DNA from: Promethearchaeota archaeon
GTDB taxonomy: Archaea; Asgardarchaeota; Hermodarchaeia; Hermodarchaeales; Hermodarchaeaceae
NCBI GenBank assembly: GCA_048938295.1
Contig: JBHLMI010000002.1
Coordinates: 60,001 to 92,000, forward strand
DNA length: 32,000 nt
Reading direction: 5' to 3'
Program-made: the position numbers and the translations under genes
Notes under the pieces: model-generated
Told to the model about the DNA's origin: nothing
The model's database searches: none
The model's input: the letters and a program-made list of their open reading frames with translations, nothing else
Shown here: positions 27,024 to 32,000 of the stretch, in pieces
Numbering within the stretch: the stretch's first letter is position 1
How the letters are laid out: each line of letters starts with the position of its first letter

Positions 27024-28955
27024 ATGAAAGGGGCCCGATCACTTCTTTGTCTCCTCCTTATCCTGTTCTTTCTTCTTCCTTCCAACGCCCCAACCGATTT
27101 AGTGACCTCATATTCATCGCCAACTCCTCAAATAAGCTCATACTCACCCAATAGCTACCAGGTATTAGATTCCTCGCCAGAGAAGTCGACATTTTCGTCG
27201 AATGGAAATCCCCCCCGAAATTGGACGGTTCTCGTGTATATGGCTGCAGACAATGACCAGGAAATTGCAGCTGTTGATAACATCAAGGAAATGGAACTTG
27301 TTGGGTCAACCGAACAGGTGAATATCCTAGTCTATGTGGATTTCCTGACTAACAACACAAGCTTTGGCCCAGGAGCCTACACCTTCAATATCACAAAAGA
27401 TGAGCTGCCATTGAATAACACAATTGTTTCTGAACCCTTGAACACCACACTTCCTGATGAGCCCAATATGGGTGATCCCGCTACTCTTCTGGGCTTTATC
27501 GAATTTGGTCAAAACTATTCCCAGGCCGCTAACTATCTTCTCATCCTATGGGATAAAGGAGGAGGTTACAAGGGCGTCTGTTACGATGACACCAGCGGCG
27601 GAGACCGCCTTCTCCTCCAGGAAATCGCGATAGTACTCGAAAATGATACACTCGAGCCCATTACTCTCACTGCCTTTGATGCTTCATTCATGGGACAAAT
27701 CGAACTCGCCTACGAGATAAAGGAGGGCACCGAGCTTATCGTTTTTTCAGAAGAGGCAGTTCCTAATCAACATTTCCCCTACCACATTATTTTCAACAGC
27801 CTCATTTCACACGAAGATTCAAGCTCATACCTGTTGGCGAAGGAAATCGTTGATCGTTACGTTGAAGCCTACTCCCCCCTTGGTACTTATTATAATCCAG
27901 TCTCACCGCAGACTCGGCTTTGTCTTTCAGTCGTTAATACTACACTAGTAGGTGATGTCTTCGATTGGTTCAATCGTACCACCACCTGGCTAACCACTGG
28001 TTATAACACTCTTACTCACTATCAGGAAATTAGCGCCGCACGGGGATTAACTCAACAATTCAATCTACCGTCTTACATAGATTTAGGTGGCTTCGCCTAT
28101 CAACTCTCACAGTTAATAGAGAATATCACTTTCACTCATTATACCGGGAATCTTAGCCTTAGTGTCCAGACAGCAGTTTCTTACCACCGTGCCCTCTCGG
28201 GATTACCTGGTGCGTCAGGGCTAGCCATGAATTTCAACTCTTATGAGTCGGTGTCACTGGCACTTCTAGATAATAGCGTATACGAAGACTTTCTTTCCAC
28301 ATTCCTTAGCCTTGGAGAAACAACAGGCACCTCCATAATCTCCTTAACACTTGGCCCCATTCGGGGATACCTAGATGGAAAAGATGACTCTGTATTTTAT
28401 CGGTTCACCTCACAAATCGCTATAGAGCATACCATCACGCTTAGTGCCTTTCAACCCACTGATGACGACTTTGACCTCTATTTATACGATAGTAATCTGA
28501 ACCTCCTCACCCGATCCGTCGGTTTAACATCCGATGAAACCATACAGTGGGTACTAATTCCTGGACGGCTTTACTATATCCGTGTTCATTCCAGTCCACG
28601 GACTGATATCACATATGGTCTCGGTTCATTTGAATTGCTGATAACTCCAAGTTCACCAATTAATCCAGCATTAGTTGCACTACACATCGGAATCATCGTT
28701 GCCATCATCTGTTTATTTATTCTTGTGCTCTACATCATTTGGCGTAATCGAGAACGCATCACACGTGCCATTGAACGATATCGAGTACGACGAATGGCTA
28801 GGCAGCTCCAATCTGAAGCATCGACGGCAACTACACCGTCAACAGGGACGCCAGGAGCTTGTGTGAAGTGTGGTGAACAACTTCCAGAGGAGGCCCGATT
28901 CTGCCCCAACTGCGGGGAAACTTTTGAGGAGTCTTCAGACGACAGGGAGGGTTAG
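27024..28955 (+). CDS. Type-I membrane protein: clostripain (C11, clan CD) fold with non-canonical active site, PPC-like beta domain, TM helix and cytosolic zinc ribbon
   Basis: Signal peptide, WTVLVYMAADN, EPNMGDPATL, LILWDKGGG, FDASFM, FSEE..P and IDLGGF. Then DDFDLYLYD..YYIRV (PPC-like), TM ALHIGII..YIIW, a basic stretch, and CVKC-x10-CPNC. Confidence 0.88.
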   Translation: MKGARSLLCLLLILFFLLPSNAPTDLVTSYSSPTPQISSYSPNSYQVLDSSPEKSTFSSNGNPPRNWTVLVYMAADNDQEIAAVDNIKEMELVGSTEQVNILVYVDFLTNNTSFGPGAYTFNITKDELPLNNTIVSEPLNTTLPDEPNMGDPATLLGFIEFGQNYSQAANYLLILWDKGGGYKGVCYDDTSGGDRLLLQEIAIVLENDTLEPITLTAFDASFMGQIELAYEIKEGTELIVFSEEAVPNQHFPYHIIFNSLISHEDSSSYLLAKEIVDRYVEAYSPLGTYYNPVSPQTRLCLSVVNTTLVGDVFDWFNRTTTWLTTGYNTLTHYQEISAARGLTQQFNLPSYIDLGGFAYQLSQLIENITFTHYTGNLSLSVQTAVSYHRALSGLPGASGLAMNFNSYESVSLALLDNSVYEDFLSTFLSLGETTGTSIISLTLGPIRGYLDGKDDSVFYRFTSQIAIEHTITLSAFQPTDDDFDLYLYDSNLNLLTRSVGLTSDETIQWVLIPGRLYYIRVHSSPRTDITYGLGSFELLITPSSPINPALVALHIGIIVAIICLFILVLYIIWRNRERITRAIERYRVRRMARQLQSEASTATTPSTGTPGACVKCGEQLPEEARFCPNCGETFEESSDDREG

Positions 28956-30757
28956 TCCTTTAGAAGGGCTTCCAGTTGAGTTATGAATTCCTCAGCTTGC
29001 TTCATGCCCAGTTCCCAAAAGTCCTCCTTTGAAATATCGAAGCCCAGTTCAGCTGCTAGCTCTCGTGGAGAGCTAGTGCTACCTGCTGAAAGCAGCCGTT
29101 TGAGCTTAGGTACGAAATCTTGTCCTTGTTCCTTGTAGAGTTGGTAAAGAGCATACACAAACAAATTTGCAAAAACGTATGGATAATTGTAAAGTCGGTA
29201 GCGTGGAATGTAGTAGTGTCCTTTGAAGGTCCACTCCCATTTACTTTCTGGTAGCCACTCGACAGCATCACCAAACATGCGGTCTCGTCCCTTCACCCAA
29301 TACTTTGAGATGGTTTCACCGTCAAGATATTCGCCGCGCTCAAAGGCAGCATACATATCCATTTCGAAGAAATATCGAGCAGAGACTTGGAAGACGGTTT
29401 GTCCAAATTCATCAAGGACCTTCGCTAAGACTTCGAGCTTCTCATCTTTGGTCTTAGCTTCAGCAATGAGTTTGTCAGTGAGAAGTAGTTCGCCAAAGAT
29501 ACTACCAACTTCTGCAATACAACTGCCAATGTCCATATTGATGGGTTTGTGTTTTGCAGTCATGAGATAATCATGGACAGCGTGACCATTTTCGTGGACT
29601 AAGGTGAAGACTTCGCCCAGTTTGCCATTATAGCTCATAAGGATGAATGCCGACTTTCCGGCAACCCAGGAGGCACAGAATGCTCCTTGGCGTTTGCCTT
29701 CGCGAACGTCTCCATCAATGCGACGCTTATCAAACATCTCCACCACGATTTTTGCCAGGTCAGTATCAAATCCGTGGTAAGTATCGATGGCCATTTGCCG
29801 GGCTTCTTTCCATGTAAAACTACGCTCAGGCATATTGGGTAAAGGTGCGACCACATCCCATTCACCGAGTTTGGGGAGGTTCATGATTTTCGCTTTCAGT
29901 CGAAGATACTTCTGATAGAGAGCAGTATGGTTATCAACGGTATTGATCAGTGCATCGATGGTCTCATCATCAACATCGTTGTCGATAAGGCTTTGTGTAC
30001 GAGGAGACGGCCAGTTCCGTTTCTTACTTGTCTCTATATGGTCGCCGATTATGGCACGGACTGCACTGGCCCAGAGAATCTGGTCTTTGCTGAGACCGGT
30101 CCAGATGATGCTCTTAGCCGCTTTGCGAACATCACGGTCAGGATCCTCGAAGAGGGCATGAATCTGGGTGAACGGCATTTGCTTCAGCTCTCCTTCGATT
30201 TCGATTTCAAACATCCGAGTCGAGAGCCAGTCACCATGAAGTTGCTGCCAGGAGTTGATGCCGAACTGATCCTTTTGAATAATTAATTGCTCGAGCTCTT
30301 CGCTTAGCATATGAGGTGCGGTACGAGCTGCTTTTTCAAGAGCATGTTTGTATTCAGCTAGCTCAGGATTCTCGATAAGTTCAGGTTTCGCCGCTACTAA
30401 CTGGGCGAGTTCGATTTCCGTGAAGGCTAAAAGTTGCCCTATCTTCGAGCCCATTCGTCTTGCCAAATCGGCTGTCTGTTTGGCATCCTCGTCGAGCGAA
30501 TTGGCTTGGTATGCAAGATACGCATATTTGAATGCCCCTTCACGTTTCAAATACTGGTCCTGGGTTTTTTCCAAGAACTCCAGTAATTCCTTTGGGTTCA
30601 GCTTCCCGATTTTTCCTTTATACTTGGATGCTAATATTTCTGCATCTTGGACTGCTTTTTCCATTTGCCTTTTCAAACTGTCGAGTTTCGTCGAAGATAC
30701 CATTGGGCCTAAGTCCCACGACTCTCCTTTAATTGTCATAATAGTTCGCCCCATCAT
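28952..30757 (-). CDS. pepF: M3B oligoendopeptidase F
   Basis: N-terminal WDL, GKRQGAFC, VFTLVHENGHAVH, AEVGSIFGE, and HYYI..LYNYPYVFA. Confidence 0.93.
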   Translation of the reverse strand: MMGRTIMTIKGESWDLGPMVSSTKLDSLKRQMEKAVQDAEILASKYKGKIGKLNPKELLEFLEKTQDQYLKREGAFKYAYLAYQANSLDEDAKQTADLARRMGSKIGQLLAFTEIELAQLVAAKPELIENPELAEYKHALEKAARTAPHMLSEELEQLIIQKDQFGINSWQQLHGDWLSTRMFEIEIEGELKQMPFTQIHALFEDPDRDVRKAAKSIIWTGLSKDQILWASAVRAIIGDHIETSKKRNWPSPRTQSLIDNDVDDETIDALINTVDNHTALYQKYLRLKAKIMNLPKLGEWDVVAPLPNMPERSFTWKEARQMAIDTYHGFDTDLAKIVVEMFDKRRIDGDVREGKRQGAFCASWVAGKSAFILMSYNGKLGEVFTLVHENGHAVHDYLMTAKHKPINMDIGSCIAEVGSIFGELLLTDKLIAEAKTKDEKLEVLAKVLDEFGQTVFQVSARYFFEMDMYAAFERGEYLDGETISKYWVKGRDRMFGDAVEWLPESKWEWTFKGHYYIPRYRLYNYPYVFANLFVYALYQLYKEQGQDFVPKLKRLLSAGSTSSPRELAAELGFDISKEDFWELGMKQAEEFITQLEALLKD

Positions 30758-30839
30758 GCAGTGAGGTTTCTGGTTAAAAGTTACGTGGATGAATAAGCTT
30801 TGACTAAATGGGCTGTGGAGAAGCTGGTTTCAATTCCTG

Positions 30840-32000
30840 TTAGGTATTAAGTTGATAGCAGACCCCACTGAACTGGTCGAAGATAGAACGGAATGCTTTG
30901 TAGAGTTTATTGTAAGTGGCCACCTGCTCTGGGTCAGGCTTAACCTCTCGATCATAGGTGAAGAGACGTTGGAGGTCATCAAAGGATTTGAACTCGCCTA
31001 AGGCTACTGCAGCCATTAACGCCACCCCCACGGTCCCAGCATCTTGAAGAGTAGTCACGCGCTTCAAGGATACATTGAGTACATCGGCGAATATCTGCAT
31101 CCACAGATCACTTTTAGCTCCACCCCCACAGATGTTTAAGCTAGTGAAGGAGTGACCCATACCCTCTAGTATTTCTTTGACCCACCGTGTGTTATAAGCT
31201 ACGCCTTCCAGTACCGCTCGGACCATATGGGCTCGTCGATGGTCAAAACTCAGATTCAAGAAAGCACTGCGGATGAAAGGGTTGATGAAAGGACAGCGCT
31301 CGCCAATGGGCCAAGGTAAGTATATGAGATTTCGACTCCCAGGAGGAACTTGTTTTGCATTCTCGGTAATGAGATCATAGACATCAACGTTGGCAGTGGA
31401 GGCTTCCTCCTTCTCAGCAGTGCACACATTGTCTACTAGCCATGCTAAGCATGCCCCGGCACTCTCCATATGTCCAGTCAATAGTAGTCGACCGGGAATG
31501 GCACTCTCTACAGTTCCTGCTCCGGCTAGGTCAAATTGTGGCTCATCTTGGTGTTGGGCAATCCAACCTGATGAACCGACATATAGGTGAGGTTCCTTAG
31601 GCTTCAACGCACCAGACCCAATCGGAACGGCCACCATATCACCACAGCCGCACACAATCTGGGTTTCAGCTGTCAGTCCCATCTGTTTAGCCGCTTCAGG
31701 TGAAAGGGTGCCTAAAATATCAGTAGTCTTTTTGATCGTTGCCAACTGGTCCATGGAAAGCCCTAGCCCCTCTTCGATGATTTCAGGTTGGGGTTCATGA
31801 TGATCAATCCGAAAATAATTCCACAAACATGCATGACTCCAATCGGTATAGAAGTCACCTACGCCGGCCTTGAAGAGGATCCAGTCTTTGACATCTACGA
31901 ACTTAGCGGCTTTTTTGAAAATGTGTGGTTCTTCATGCTTTACCCATAGAATCTTAGGTAGGGGATCTTTTGCGGAGGCGACCGGGATGATATTCTTTGC
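30840..32000 (-). CDS. FGGY-family carbohydrate kinase (xylulokinase-like); 5' end lies outside the window
   Basis: Frame is open from 32000 (AKNIIPVASAKDPLPKILWVKHEEP..DVKDW..TDWSHAC) into the track ORF. Motifs GCGD, YVGSSGW, YLPWPIGERCP, RAVLEGVAY, GGGAKSDLWMQIFADV and GVALMAA. Confidence 0.9.
   Translation of the reverse strand, partial: AKNIIPVASAKDPLPKILWVKHEEPHIFKKAAKFVDVKDWILFKAGVGDFYTDWSHACLWNYFRIDHHEPQPEIIEEGLGLSMDQLATIKKTTDILGTLSPEAAKQMGLTAETQIVCGCGDMVAVPIGSGALKPKEPHLYVGSSGWIAQHQDEPQFDLAGAGTVESAIPGRLLLTGHMESAGACLAWLVDNVCTAEKEEASTANVDVYDLITENAKQVPPGSRNLIYLPWPIGERCPFINPFIRSAFLNLSFDHRRAHMVRAVLEGVAYNTRWVKEILEGMGHSFTSLNICGGGAKSDLWMQIFADVLNVSLKRVTTLQDAGTVGVALMAAVALGEFKSFDDLQRLFTYDREVKPDPEQVATYNKLYKAFRSIFDQFSGVCYQLNT

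Noticed and set aside
31826-32000. Start of the FGGY kinase at 31826 or a frameshift upstream
   Set aside because: The frame is open and kinase-like all the way to base 32000, so the gene is simply cut by the window edge.

Overview
Gene-dense archaeal chromosomal window with about 33 CDS. I recognised no rRNA, tRNA, CRISPR array or mobile element. GGAGG/GAGGTGA Shine-Dalgarno motifs, TATA-like promoters, archaeal-type DnaK, many small Cys/zinc-ribbon proteins and TM-anchored peptidases suggest an anaerobic, peptide-using archaeon, possibly Asgard (inference, not demonstrated). Gene order: a RACo-like corrinoid reductive activator (cut by the left edge and absent from the ORF track), a Pro-rich zinc-ribbon protein, CinA, a radical SAM protein, a secreted M1 aminopeptidase, a dtxR(feoA)-feoB-Cys-rich iron-uptake operon with a palindromic operator, alkA, an HTH/CxxC membrane peptide/thioredoxin unit, grpE-dnaK-dnaJ behind a long structured leader, tldE-tldD, Mut7-C, yjjX, a SatP-type transporter, a flavoredoxin-like protein, two adjacent paralogous Cys3His tandem metal-finger proteins, a Grs/Gms-like radical SAM with an SRPBCC protein and glnA, a clostripain-fold membrane protein, oligoendopeptidase F and an FGGY kinase (cut by the right edge). 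Strongest leads: (1) the clostripain-fold type-I membrane protein has its His/Cys dyad replaced by Lys/Ser and carries a cytosolic zinc ribbon; (2) the membrane-anchored plus soluble pair of tandem CxxC..CPxH proteins; (3) a likely tetraether-lipid-modifying radical SAM next to a START-fold protein; (4) a roughly 60-aa Arg/Trp-rich insertion in the FeoB GTPase switch region; (5) a multi-hairpin leader before grpE.
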